DNA from: Bacilli bacterium
Lineage (GTDB): Bacteria; Bacillota_I; Bacilli_A; RFN20; CAG-826
Direction: 5' to 3'
Assembly (NCBI GenBank): GCA_045597865.1
Contig: JAZLKX010000025.1
Span: 128,001 to 192,000, forward strand
Length of the DNA stretch: 64,000 nucleotides
Below the pieces are notes generated by a model, which did not search any database, had not been told where the DNA came from, and saw only the letters and a program-made list of their open reading frames with translations. Below, piece after piece: positions 1 through 9,897 of this stretch. Each line of letters opens with the position of its first letter. The stretch's first letter is position 1. The position numbers were made by a program, and so were the translations under genes.

Positions 1-57
1 TTTAATAAAATTTTATAAAACACTTGATTATTCGTTCATAAAATATAAACTATATGT

Positions 58-1026
58 ATGGATTTAATTAAAATAAAAGTTAATTTGCCAGAGAAAGTCT
101 ATGCTGTTTTAGAAACCGACATGGAAGCTTTCGGGTTTTTAAAAGCAAATGGCACACCAAATAAAAACGGATATATAAATGCAGTTATCAAAAACTTCTT
201 TAAGATGTTTGCGAGTAGAGAGTTAGAAGTAATTACCAAGATTAGAAATCAAATTCATTTAAAAGATGAAGATGTACCTGTGATTGCAAATATGTTTTTT
301 GAAGAAAGATATAAAAAAGAAGGAAATTATACTAAAGATCTTCAGTTTATTATTCAAAAAGAAAACATTGATATTTACGATGAAATTATCGAGTTGTATT
401 TGGCAAACAGAAGTGTTTCTCAATATTTTAGAGAAATGCTAATTTTGTTTACTTCCTATCCTATGGACAAAAGAGAAAGTATTTTGTGCAAAGATATTAT
501 TTCAAAAGTTCATGTGGGCATAGATGAAAATAGAAAGGCTATTGTTTATCTAACTGATGGGACTAAAAAAACCATGGATTTGTACGGTATTTTTGGTACT
601 GGAGAACAAATTTTCAATTATTTAATTGGTGTAGAATTGAATGGGAATAGACGAGAAACAGCAACCTATAGACTTAACAAAATTAAGAACGTTGTAATCA
701 TACCGGATATGACACGCGTAATTAGTGATGAAGAAAAAGAAAAACTTGATCTTATGATTTATCAAGGCCCAATCTTTGCAATTAATGAAATAGTAGACGC
801 AGCTATCGAACTTGATGAATATGGAATGACTTTATTTAGACTTTGGATTCATGATAGACCAAAACCATACAAGGTTGAAGGTAATGTCTACCATTTCAAA
901 TCTTCGCTTAATCATATAGCAGTTTATTTCTATAAATTTGGAACAACTGCAAAAATATTATCGCCTAATAGTCTAAAAGAATTTATGAAGAAACGCTTCC
1001 AAGAAGCAGCAGATTTATATAAGTAA
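58..1026 (+). CDS. WYL-domain protein (probable nucleic-acid-sensing regulator)
   Basis: C-terminal half has a WYL-like pattern (EQIFNYLIG...TYRLNKIKNV) and a WCX-like tail (YFYKFGTTAKILSPNSLKE); N-terminus unassigned. Confidence 0.65.
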   Translation: MDLIKIKVNLPEKVYAVLETDMEAFGFLKANGTPNKNGYINAVIKNFFKMFASRELEVITKIRNQIHLKDEDVPVIANMFFEERYKKEGNYTKDLQFIIQKENIDIYDEIIELYLANRSVSQYFREMLILFTSYPMDKRESILCKDIISKVHVGIDENRKAIVYLTDGTKKTMDLYGIFGTGEQIFNYLIGVELNGNRRETATYRLNKIKNVVIIPDMTRVISDEEKEKLDLMIYQGPIFAINEIVDAAIELDEYGMTLFRLWIHDRPKPYKVEGNVYHFKSSLNHIAVYFYKFGTTAKILSPNSLKEFMKKRFQEAADLYK

Positions 1027-1043
1027 AGAAAGAAGGAAAACAA

Positions 1044-2291
1044 ATGGAAGAAGTAGAGAAAAGAATTACTTATGCCCCAAAAGAAGGTGACGCAAAACCA
1101 ATAGGCAACAGATTCTCAATTAGACAATCAAATGTCGAACTTTTAAGAATCATTTGTATGGTTTTAATTATTGCACATCACTTTTGTGTTCATACTGCTA
1201 TGACATTTGATCCAAATGTTATTTCATTTAATAGGATTTGGTATGATTTCTTATATACAGGCGGAAAAATTGGTGTAAATATTTTTATATTGATTACAGG
1301 CTATTTCTCTTTTAGAAATGTAACTTTAAAACTTGGAAAATTGTTCCAATTCTATTTACAGATATTCTTTTATTCGCTTATCATCTTCCTGGTATTTGCT
1401 GTAGCAAAACTGCCTGTTGGTGATAGCGGAAATTATGTATTTACATGGCGTAGTTTAATTGACAATCTTCTTCCGGTTACAGCTTCTGGTTGGTGGTTTG
1501 TTAGTGGTTACTTTGTAATTATTCTAATTTCTCCGTTCTTAAATTATTTTATAAACGCTATTTCAAGAACAGGTTTAAAGATTATTCTTATTATTACAGG
1601 TATTTTATTTGTTGTTATTCCAACAATTTATATTGATACAAACTTCTTTACTGCAAACTGGGATAGAAATCCTGTCATTTGGTTTGTATTCCTTTATCTT
1701 CTTGGTTCATATTATGGAAAATATGGATTTAGATTTAATGTTAAAGCAAGAACATTATTCCTTATATTCTTTGGAATATGTTTCTTAACTTATGGAACAG
1801 TAATTATATTTGATTTTGTTGGTATGAATAATCCATGGTATATCAATAATAATATGAATAAATATTTCTTTGAAATGCAAACACTTCCAATGCTAATTGC
1901 ATCTGTCTGTTTATTTGAAGCATTCTTAAAAATTGATATCGGATCACATAAATCAATTAACTTTATTTCTTCTTTAACATTTGGCGTCTATTTAATTCAC
2001 GATAACAAACTTTTAAGAGAACTTTTATGGAAAACATTTGTAAGAGATACTATTTTCACAAAATGGTTAAATGCACCAAATGTCGAAGCCTCTCCTTACT
2101 TTATTCCTGTTAGTATCGCATGCATCGCTGGTGTATTTATTGCTGGTGCACTAATTGAATATATTAGACTTTATTTAATTGAACCACTTTACATTAAATA
2201 TGTTAAAAAACTCGGAAAGAAACTTGATGATAAAGTAAATAATTACATCACTAAAGAAGGCGTTCCTGGAAACATTACTCAAATTAGTTAA
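1044..2291 (+). CDS. Acyltransferase family 3 (OafA-like) membrane O-acyltransferase
   Basis: RQSNVELLRIICMVLIIAHH, GVNIFILITGYF, WWFVSGY and TFGVYLIHDN motifs; about 10 TM segments. Confidence 0.85.
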   Translation: MEEVEKRITYAPKEGDAKPIGNRFSIRQSNVELLRIICMVLIIAHHFCVHTAMTFDPNVISFNRIWYDFLYTGGKIGVNIFILITGYFSFRNVTLKLGKLFQFYLQIFFYSLIIFLVFAVAKLPVGDSGNYVFTWRSLIDNLLPVTASGWWFVSGYFVIILISPFLNYFINAISRTGLKIILIITGILFVVIPTIYIDTNFFTANWDRNPVIWFVFLYLLGSYYGKYGFRFNVKARTLFLIFFGICFLTYGTVIIFDFVGMNNPWYINNNMNKYFFEMQTLPMLIASVCLFEAFLKIDIGSHKSINFISSLTFGVYLIHDNKLLRELLWKTFVRDTIFTKWLNAPNVEASPYFIPVSIACIAGVFIAGALIEYIRLYLIEPLYIKYVKKLGKKLDDKVNNYITKEGVPGNITQIS

Positions 2292-2298
2292 GTACATT

Positions 2299-2324
2299 AA
2301 AAGGCCATTGAAATGGCCTTTTTT
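2299..2324. terminator. Bidirectional intrinsic terminator
   Basis: AAAAGGCCAT-TGAA-ATGGCCTTTTTT between convergent genes. Confidence 0.75.
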
Positions 2325-2349
2325 GTTGAAAATCTATTGGTTTTCTCGA

Positions 2350-4857
2350 TTATTTTTTAAATCCATCAAATCTGAATGCGACCATTGTGATGTCATCAAA
2401 TTGAGCTGCGCCATCAGCAAATTTAACGCATTCTTCATAGACATATTCACAGAGTTCTTTACAACTTCCAAACTCTTTGGCGTTAAGAATATTTTGAAGT
2501 CTTTCTTCACCGAGCTGTTCACCTGTTGTGTTAACGCCTTCAGTAACACCATCAGTGTAAAGGTAAACAATATCACCAACTTCTAATGTAAGTTTGTTAA
2601 TTCCATAAGGCATTCCATCCATTGCTGCGAGAACTAAATTGACAGGTGCTCTTAAGTATTCAAACTTGCCATTTTTGTGTTTGATAAGTGGTGGGTTGTG
2701 TCCGCCATTAGCAAATGTTAATTCACCATTTGTTAAGTCAACACTTGCAGACCATGCTGTAACAAACATGCCAGCTTCATTACCTTCACAAAGGGTATTG
2801 TTGCCTTGCATAAATGCATCGTTGATTGGAATGTTGGTTTGAGTAAGGGATTTAAGGATACTCTTTGCACGCATCATGAATAATGCAGCTGGAATTCCTT
2901 TACCTGAAACGTCAGCGATAGTGAAGTGGAAGTGTTCTTGATTTGAGAAATAGAAATCATAGAAGTCTCCACCAACTTCTTTTGCTGCGTGCATGGATGC
3001 GTAAATATCGAATTCTTTACGATCTGGGAATGCAGGGAATGTTGATGGAAGAACTGCTGTTTGAATGGCTTTAGCCATTGCAAGTTCTTCATCGATACGT
3101 TTATTTGCTGCATCAATGTAGCCTTTTAATGCGTCAACTGTTTCGTTAATGTCTTCTGCCAAGACTTTGAATTCAGTAACGTTACCGCCATCAAGAACTT
3201 CATCTAAGTCACCTGCAGTAATCTTAGCAAGTGATTCGTTAGTTTTTTCAATACGGTCAATGATAAGTTTCTTTATAAGAATGTATGTTGTAATGAAGAT
3301 ACAACCGAAGACAATAATTTCAAGGAATGTATTAACAAAGATTGAAATATTACGGCTAAGCATAGCTTCTTCAGATGGGAGTAAAGATAAAATGTAGTGT
3401 GTGTCTTCAAATTTATATTGGGCACAATATTCTGTACCAGCAATTTTGATATTGAAAGTTGTGTTGCTAGAATTGTTTTCGAAGGCACTTGATAAATCAG
3501 AAAAATCGTCTGGTAATTTAGAATCTTTTCCTTTGGAAATGGACTTAAAGTCACCATTTAAAACGAGAAGTTCGCCTGCATTACCAACTTTTTTAAAGCC
3601 AGCAATATTGCCAACAAGTGTATCGACACCAGCTTTATCATATCCAACTTGAATGTAACCAGCTTCTTTTGTTCCGCTACCGAAATCAAATTCAAATAAA
3701 ACACCAGCGTATTTTCTTAAGTTTTCTGGTTGAGTAACAGGAGCTCTGAATTCTTGGACATAATAACCTGGTCCATTTGGATCGATTATTTGATTATGGA
3801 ATTCTCTACTTTGATCAAAGTTATAGACTTTGCCGTCAGAGTCAATATAATTGTCTTCATTCATTTTGTAACCAACATTTAATCTGTCGTTTGCATAAAC
3901 AATGAATGCATCCGATTTTCTAATTAAGTTAATCTCAACAATGCCTTGATCTTGAGCGAATTTATTTAATAAATTGTTATAGTCATCACCAGGTTCGTAG
4001 TAAGCTTCAAGTCCGGGATTTCTATCTAAAACACCTTTGATTTCGTATGCTTTTTCAATTGTTTTATACGAAATTTCATTTGCAGTTTCTGTAATTGCAT
4101 AAGACAAATCATTGTCTAATTGCTTTTTAGACATTGTGTCGTTAAATAAAAAGACAAATGTTGATGAAAGCAAGAAGGAAACAATAGTTAATCCAGATAA
4201 AGTAACGATGAATTTTGAATTTAATGTTTTTAGGTCAGGCTTTCTGAAAGCTTTTTTGCCTTCATCAAGTGCTGCATAAACAATTAATGAAATTAAAACA
4301 GCTAAGCTGTTAGCAGTTAGCATTGGTGGTGTACATGCTTGAACAACAGCAAATGCTTTTTGATATTGAGCAGCATTTGTGACAAAGACCATTAATAAAT
4401 GGAATACTTCAATAACAAAGCCAGTAAAGAATCCAGATAAGAATCTTGGGCGCTTGTCATCAAATGCAAAATGTCTGACTATAGCAGCAATAATGCCTGC
4501 AAGGAATGTAGAAACTGAACAAGCGATTACTGTAAAACCGAATTTCGTTGGATTAACAAGACCAACAATCATTCTTTCAAGTCCGCCAATAGTACCAGCT
4601 ATAATTCCAGTTGGACCACCAAAGATTAAACCACCAATAATGACAGCAGCATCTCTTGCGTTTGCGGCTGCTCCACCAAATGGAATACTCCAGTGAGTTC
4701 CAACAATGGCAAGCCCACCAAAGACAACGCCATAAATGGCTTGTTTAACCCAATAAGGCAATTTGCTAAAACCTGTTTTGTTTAAAAAGAAAAAAATAAT
4801 TGCTGCAGCGACAGGTAATAAAGCTGCAATTGCTAAGAATAAATAACTAGTAAACAT
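2350..4857 (-). CDS. Membrane sensor PP2C/SpoIIE-family phosphatase (5TM-5TMR_LYT, extracellular sensor, HAMP, PP2C)
   Basis: N-terminal NARDAAVIIGGLIFGGPTG (LytS-type 5TM); HAMP; PP2C motifs EVGGDFYDF, IADVSGKGIPAALFM, YTDGVTE, QFDDITM. Start moved to ATG 4857, just downstream of a TATAAT. Confidence 0.85.
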   Translation of the reverse strand: MFTSYLFLAIAALLPVAAAIIFFFLNKTGFSKLPYWVKQAIYGVVFGGLAIVGTHWSIPFGGAAANARDAAVIIGGLIFGGPTGIIAGTIGGLERMIVGLVNPTKFGFTVIACSVSTFLAGIIAAIVRHFAFDDKRPRFLSGFFTGFVIEVFHLLMVFVTNAAQYQKAFAVVQACTPPMLTANSLAVLISLIVYAALDEGKKAFRKPDLKTLNSKFIVTLSGLTIVSFLLSSTFVFLFNDTMSKKQLDNDLSYAITETANEISYKTIEKAYEIKGVLDRNPGLEAYYEPGDDYNNLLNKFAQDQGIVEINLIRKSDAFIVYANDRLNVGYKMNEDNYIDSDGKVYNFDQSREFHNQIIDPNGPGYYVQEFRAPVTQPENLRKYAGVLFEFDFGSGTKEAGYIQVGYDKAGVDTLVGNIAGFKKVGNAGELLVLNGDFKSISKGKDSKLPDDFSDLSSAFENNSSNTTFNIKIAGTEYCAQYKFEDTHYILSLLPSEEAMLSRNISIFVNTFLEIIVFGCIFITTYILIKKLIIDRIEKTNESLAKITAGDLDEVLDGGNVTEFKVLAEDINETVDALKGYIDAANKRIDEELAMAKAIQTAVLPSTFPAFPDRKEFDIYASMHAAKEVGGDFYDFYFSNQEHFHFTIADVSGKGIPAALFMMRAKSILKSLTQTNIPINDAFMQGNNTLCEGNEAGMFVTAWSASVDLTNGELTFANGGHNPPLIKHKNGKFEYLRAPVNLVLAAMDGMPYGINKLTLEVGDIVYLYTDGVTEGVNTTGEQLGEERLQNILNAKEFGSCKELCEYVYEECVKFADGAAQFDDITMVAFRFDGFKK

Positions 4858-4962
4858 ATTGTCTAAAATTATACGTAAATCGATGGCTGCAAGCAATAAT
4901 TTTTAATTATTCAGAAAAATAGTGCTAACTTTTTCTTTTTAAAGAAAGTATAATATTTTCAT

Positions 4963-6702
4963 ATGTTTAAAAAGTTTCTTTCGTATTACAAACCATACAA
5001 ACGTTTATTTGTGTTAGACATGATAGCGTCATTTATTATCGCTATCATTGGTATGGGTTATCCAATCATCACTAAGTACATGCTTTCTGATTGGGTTCCA
5101 AACAAAAATCTTAACATGGTAATCATCGGTGGATGTTCACTTGTTGGCATTTATGTTGTAAGAGCACTTTTACGTTTCTTTGTCCAATATTATGGACACG
5201 TAATGGGTGTTAAGATGCAAGCTGACATGAGAAGAGAACTCTTCGAAAAGCTTCAAAAACTCCCATATTCTTACTACGACAATCATGAAACTGGAACAGT
5301 TCTTTCAAATATGACAAATGATCTCTTTGAGATCTCTGAACTTGCACACCATGGACCAGAAAATATTTTGATTGCTGGTTTTACAATTATTGGTGGCATT
5401 GTCTATCTTCTTTTAATCAACCTTATTTTAGGTTTGATTTTACTTGGTGTTGTCCCAATTTTGTTCTTAGTAACCTTCTATTTTAGAAAGCAGTTTAGAG
5501 ACTCAATGAGAAAGACAAGAATCGCTACTGCAAAAATCAATGTTAGACTTGAAAATTCTATCTCTGGAATTAAAGTTACAAAGGCATTTACCAACGATGA
5601 TTTAGAACACGAAAAGTTTGAAAAATGTAACCAAGAATACACCGATGTTAGAACTCAAGTTTTTGGTTCAATGGGACGTTATTTTTCAATTTCTCAGTTT
5701 ATAACTGACTTCTTTAATGTTGTCATCATTTTAGTTGGTGGATTATTGCTCTATTTTGAAGTCAATCAATTCGCTGTTGCTGAGTACTCAACATTCATCG
5801 TTTCTGTCTCGCTTTTTATCTCTCCAATTAACCAAGTAATCATGTTTATGGAACAACTCGAAAGTGGTTCATCTGGCTTTGAAAGATTTGTCAAAGTTTT
5901 AGAGGAAGAAGAGGAAACAAAATACAACGGAACAAAAGTTCTTGATCATGTTGATGGAGATCTTGAATTTAGACATGTAAATTTCTCATACAACAAGAGC
6001 GGTGAAGTTCTCAATGACGTTAACTTTAAATTAAAAAAAGGAAAAACGCTCGCGCTCGTAGGCCCATCAGGCGGTGGTAAAACATCAATTTGTCACTTAA
6101 TTCCTCGATTCTATTTCTTGAACGAAAATGGTGGTTCCATCTTGTTAGATGGAGTTGATACTTCCGAATACACTTTAGACTCACTTAGACAAAACATTGG
6201 AATTGTCCAGCAAGATGTCTTCTTATTCGGTGGAACAATCAAGGATAATGTTTTGTATGGAAAACCAGATGCAACTGATGAAGAACTTAATGAAGCCGCA
6301 AAGAACGCTAACTTGTTAGATTTCATCAATTCACTTCCAGAAGGTTGGGATACAAATATTGGTGAAAGAGGAGCAAAGCTCTCTGGTGGCCAAAAACAAA
6401 GAATTTCTATTGCCAGAATCTTCTTAAAGAATCCTCCATTACTTATTCTTGATGAAGCAACTTCCGCACTTGATAATGCAACAGAATATTTGATTCAAGA
6501 TGCACTTAATGTTCTTGCCAAAGGAAGAACATGTATTATTGTTGCTCATAGACTTTCTACAATTAAGAATGCAGACACAATTGCAGTTGTAGAAGCTGGT
6601 AAGATTGTTGAAATGGGAACTCATAAAGAGTTACTTAAAAATAAAGGACCTTATTCAGTCCTCTACGAATTACAATTCAAATTATCAGACGAAAAAAGAT
6701 AA
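4963..6702 (+). CDS. ABC exporter, fused permease/ATPase (MsbA/Sav1866-like)
   Basis: 6-TM N-terminus; Walker A GPSGGGKT, signature LSGGQKQR, Walker B LILDEATSALD, H-loop. Confidence 0.92.
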   Translation: MFKKFLSYYKPYKRLFVLDMIASFIIAIIGMGYPIITKYMLSDWVPNKNLNMVIIGGCSLVGIYVVRALLRFFVQYYGHVMGVKMQADMRRELFEKLQKLPYSYYDNHETGTVLSNMTNDLFEISELAHHGPENILIAGFTIIGGIVYLLLINLILGLILLGVVPILFLVTFYFRKQFRDSMRKTRIATAKINVRLENSISGIKVTKAFTNDDLEHEKFEKCNQEYTDVRTQVFGSMGRYFSISQFITDFFNVVIILVGGLLLYFEVNQFAVAEYSTFIVSVSLFISPINQVIMFMEQLESGSSGFERFVKVLEEEEETKYNGTKVLDHVDGDLEFRHVNFSYNKSGEVLNDVNFKLKKGKTLALVGPSGGGKTSICHLIPRFYFLNENGGSILLDGVDTSEYTLDSLRQNIGIVQQDVFLFGGTIKDNVLYGKPDATDEELNEAAKNANLLDFINSLPEGWDTNIGERGAKLSGGQKQRISIARIFLKNPPLLILDEATSALDNATEYLIQDALNVLAKGRTCIIVAHRLSTIKNADTIAVVEAGKIVEMGTHKELLKNKGPYSVLYELQFKLSDEKR

Positions 6703-6704
6703 AC

Positions 6705-6734
6705 AAAAAACCTCAGGTTTAATGCCTGAGGTTT
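6705..6734. terminator. Bidirectional intrinsic terminator
   Basis: AAAAAACCTCAGG-TTTAATG-CCTGAGGTTT between convergent genes. Confidence 0.7.
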
Positions 6735-6752
6735 ATTTGTTATTAATTAAAA

Positions 6753-6941
6753 TTAATATTTGTGAGATCTTTCTTCAACTTCTTCGTTGATTTCAGCTCT
6801 TCTTTCTTTTGCAAGTTTCATTAAATCAGAAAGAGCTTTTCTTGTTCTGACAGCGCCAGCTTTAAATCCTTTTTCTTCGAATCTTTCGTTTTCTTCTAAA
6901 TAGGTTTCGAAAGCTTCAACAATCTTGTCATGTGTACTCAT
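6753..6941 (-). CDS. Small histone H1-like (Hc1 N-terminal-type) protein, 62 aa
   Basis: MSTHDKIVEAFETYLEENERFEEKGFKAGAVRTRKALSDLMKLAKERRAEI fits the KGxKAAxxRxRKA helical-hairpin pattern; SD-like AAGGAA upstream of ATG 6941. Confidence 0.65.
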   Translation of the reverse strand: MSTHDKIVEAFETYLEENERFEEKGFKAGAVRTRKALSDLMKLAKERRAEINEEVEERSHKY

Positions 6942-7057
6942 AGTTATTTTTTCCTTTCGTGAGTTGCCTATACAATACAATAATTTTTTGTATTTGGAAA
7001 TAATTTTATCGTTTTTTTAAAAAATAAGTTATATTGTATTTAGCAAGAGGTTCCAAT

Positions 7058-7750
7058 ATGAAGGCAAACAAAATTAAAGCATTAACATTAATGTTAACAA
7101 GTGCATTTTTATTATCAGGATGTAATGAATCTGATACAGTATCAAAAAAATCTTACGATACAATGTATGAACACTTAGTTTATTGCTGGAATCAATCTCT
7201 TGAAGGAATTCATTTTGATAATGCTTTCTTTGGCGACTCTAGAGTTATCGGTGGAGATTTTGTTGGAGAATTTAAAGACAAATCAGTCGTAAATTTAGGA
7301 GTAGGTGGAGATAAAGTCAATGATCTTATTAATAGATATGGTCTAATTAAAACTGTAACACCGAAACGTGTATTTCTTGCGATTGGCGGAAATAACGCAC
7401 TTTCTAGTGAATACAATAAAGATAGTTTTGTGAGTGAATACAACACTCTTTTGAGTTTATTTAAAAATGATGGTTATGACGTTGTAGTTCATAACGTGGT
7501 AGGTTTAACAACGTTTAATTCATCATTAGATGAAAAAGATGTAAATGAAAAGAATTTAAAAATATCTGAAATAAACCAAATCATTAAATCTAAAGCTGAA
7601 GAATACAAATTCACATTCGTTGATATCGCATCAGTTATGAATAAAAATGATTCTAACGAAATGAAAAACGAGTATTCTGCTGATGGAGTACATTTTAATG
7701 AAACAGGCTTTAAAGTCTGGTTTGATTGTATTAGAGAATTAATTTTCTAA
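7058..7750 (+). CDS. SGNH/GDSL hydrolase lipoprotein
   Basis: Lipobox LSGC; blocks FFGDS, NLGVGGD, IGGNN, DGVHFN; SD GAGG upstream of ATG 7058. Confidence 0.88.
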   Translation: MKANKIKALTLMLTSAFLLSGCNESDTVSKKSYDTMYEHLVYCWNQSLEGIHFDNAFFGDSRVIGGDFVGEFKDKSVVNLGVGGDKVNDLINRYGLIKTVTPKRVFLAIGGNNALSSEYNKDSFVSEYNTLLSLFKNDGYDVVVHNVVGLTTFNSSLDEKDVNEKNLKISEINQIIKSKAEEYKFTFVDIASVMNKNDSNEMKNEYSADGVHFNETGFKVWFDCIRELIF

Positions 7751-9691
7751 TTAGTTGTGTTCTTTTAAGAACTCGAGATATTCATCTTCTGTTAAACATT
7801 GTGCAAAGTAGTAGCCTTGAATAAATTCAAAGTCTAATTTCTTTGCGAATTCATATTGTTCTTTGGTCTCAACACCTTCAATAACAATTGGGTAATCAAG
7901 AGCCTTAAATAAGTTACGCATTGACTCCACAAAGAGTCTTGCTTTCTTGTTGTCTTCAAGAAGGGTTTTATCAAGTTTAATAATATTAAATGGTTGATTT
8001 AAGAGTTGATTAACATTTGAATAACCAGTTCCAAAATCATCAATAGCGAATCTAATTCCTTCTTTTCTAAGTGTGTTCATAAATTCTGAAATGTGTTCGG
8101 AATGCTTAACTGTTGCAGTCTCAGTAATTTCAAAACAAATCTTAGATGGATCAACTTTTGACTTTTTAATAATATCAACGAATTTCTTGGCTGGGTTTGT
8201 GAAGAATTCAGCACCTGAAACATTGATTTCCATCATATTTATTTCAGAATGTTTATTTAAAAATTCGCAAACTGTGCGTGTAACATATTCATCTAATAAA
8301 TTGGCAAGACCAGCTTTTTCTGCAAGCGGAACAAACTCTGCAGGAGGAATGTTCCCGAACTCTTCACAAGTGAAACGAAGCAAAGCTTCAGCATTATCAA
8401 ACTTACCGGTTCTATTGTTTAGAATTGGTTGATATCTCATTGAGAAACCAGAACAATCACCATTAAGTCTTTCAGCTAAAATCTTTTGGATTTTGATTTC
8501 TCTTGTAATCTTTTCTACGTGTGATGAATCAACATAAAGAAGTTCGTCTTTCTTGCTATTTAAAGTTTCAGAGAGGAGGTTTGCATAGTTTAAAAATTGG
8601 TTACAAGTTTCATTCTTTCCATTGTCGGTGAATTCAACAAGTTTACATGAGAGTTTAACTTCAACATTTTTAATTTCCCATGGTTTTTCAAATCTATGCT
8701 TGATTGCACCGATTGCATTCTCGGCATCACTTTTCTTCTTAAAAAGAAGAACAAACTTTGATGAGAAAACACGGAAAGCATAAATGTTCTTTTGGAGTGA
8801 ATTAAAGAAGGTTCCGACTTCTCCATAAAGTTCGTTTCCAGTGACGATACCAAGTGTTTCATTAATTTCTTCAATTCCTTTAACATCAATTGAGACAATA
8901 AAGTTTTCTCTTGCTTCTTTGGTTGTTTTTTCCATGTAAAGCATTAAAGCATTGAAGTTGAAAACGCCTGTGATTTTATCAACTAAGTCATCTGGATTTG
9001 AGATGTTATCTTCGATAAAGTAAAGAGCGAATGCAATTGTGATACCAGTAAGAAGAATGGTTGGATATGCAATTTGAATTCCGATGCCAATTAAAATAAC
9101 TGCGATTGAAATATAGATAGCAATAAGTTGTCTATTTTCGAGTTGTTTGTGTTTAATTCCAGCGAACACTGCGACAAGTAAAAAGTCAAAGATTGCAGTG
9201 CCGTAGTAACACAAGAATAATGGACCGTGTGTGTACATTAAGTTGCCTTCTGTATTTTCTGCAATATAGCAAACCCAATGTGTTGCAGGATCTACAAACA
9301 TAAGTAATGCAAAGACAAGACCTGGAATTAAGAATAAATATAAATATTTATTTCTGTAATACTTTGGACCAAGAATTGCAAGAAGATAAACAAACATTAA
9401 GCTTGGTAATGCGACTTGCAAAATATAGAATGCACGATTGAATAGTTCATTAATCCAAATCGGACATTGATACATATAAGTTTCAACAAGAACTGAAGCG
9501 GTGATATCAACTGCAATATCAACGATTGCAACAATAACGGCACCAATAAATAATTTGGTTAAGATTGTTGGGAAGCGTTTGTGATAAAAGTACTTAATTA
9601 AAAGAATGAATAGGAACAACAAAGCTCCAATTTCAAAAAAGTAGTTGTAACCAGGGACATTCCATCTGTCCACCAAATTTGCGAGTGTCAT
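7751..9691 (-). CDS. Membrane c-di-GMP phosphodiesterase (7TM sensor, degenerate GGDEF, EAL)
   Basis: About 7 TM N-terminus; GGDEF fold (DKITGVFN) with the motif replaced by FSSKF; EAL motifs YQP, AEALLR, EITE, IDDFGTGYS, IKLD, EGVET, QGYY. Confidence 0.88.
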   Translation of the reverse strand: MTLANLVDRWNVPGYNYFFEIGALLFLFILLIKYFYHKRFPTILTKLFIGAVIVAIVDIAVDITASVLVETYMYQCPIWINELFNRAFYILQVALPSLMFVYLLAILGPKYYRNKYLYLFLIPGLVFALLMFVDPATHWVCYIAENTEGNLMYTHGPLFLCYYGTAIFDFLLVAVFAGIKHKQLENRQLIAIYISIAVILIGIGIQIAYPTILLTGITIAFALYFIEDNISNPDDLVDKITGVFNFNALMLYMEKTTKEARENFIVSIDVKGIEEINETLGIVTGNELYGEVGTFFNSLQKNIYAFRVFSSKFVLLFKKKSDAENAIGAIKHRFEKPWEIKNVEVKLSCKLVEFTDNGKNETCNQFLNYANLLSETLNSKKDELLYVDSSHVEKITREIKIQKILAERLNGDCSGFSMRYQPILNNRTGKFDNAEALLRFTCEEFGNIPPAEFVPLAEKAGLANLLDEYVTRTVCEFLNKHSEINMMEINVSGAEFFTNPAKKFVDIIKKSKVDPSKICFEITETATVKHSEHISEFMNTLRKEGIRFAIDDFGTGYSNVNQLLNQPFNIIKLDKTLLEDNKKARLFVESMRNLFKALDYPIVIEGVETKEQYEFAKKLDFEFIQGYYFAQCLTEDEYLEFLKEHN

Positions 9692-9816
9692 AATAATCAC
9701 CTCTTGTTGATTTAATTGTAGTTTAAAACTATGTTTTTATAAACTAAATTTATGAAAATGAAATATTGAAAGACTTTGTCTTTCTAGTAATGTAAAAATT
9801 TACATTTTGTTTCATA

Positions 9817-9882
9817 TTGTAAGCGCTCGCATAAGCAATGTATAATATATGCGAACTTATGAGCGCGATTCGAAGGCGCTCA
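9817..9882 (+). promoter_or_regulatory. Sigma-A promoter overlapped by a cre/LacI-like operator, plus a 5' UTR hairpin
   Basis: TTGTAA (9817) -18- TATAAT (9841); TGTAAGCGCTCGCA (9818-9831) is one mismatch from TGWAARCGYTWNCA; hairpin TGAGCGC..GCGCTCA (9860-9882). Confidence 0.55.
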
Positions 9883-9897
9883 AGAAAGGAAATAAAA

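Noticed and set aside
2892-3015. GAATTC avoidance as evidence for an EcoRI-specificity system
   Set aside because: GAATTC occurs readily (e.g. 2892, 3010); MTase specificity cannot be inferred
9838-9897. Longer upstream starts in the ORF track (9838, 4896, 6980, 36265, 40247, 41390, 51901 and others)
   Set aside because: They overlap promoters or neighbouring genes; downstream ATGs fit SD, -10 or signal-peptide positions better
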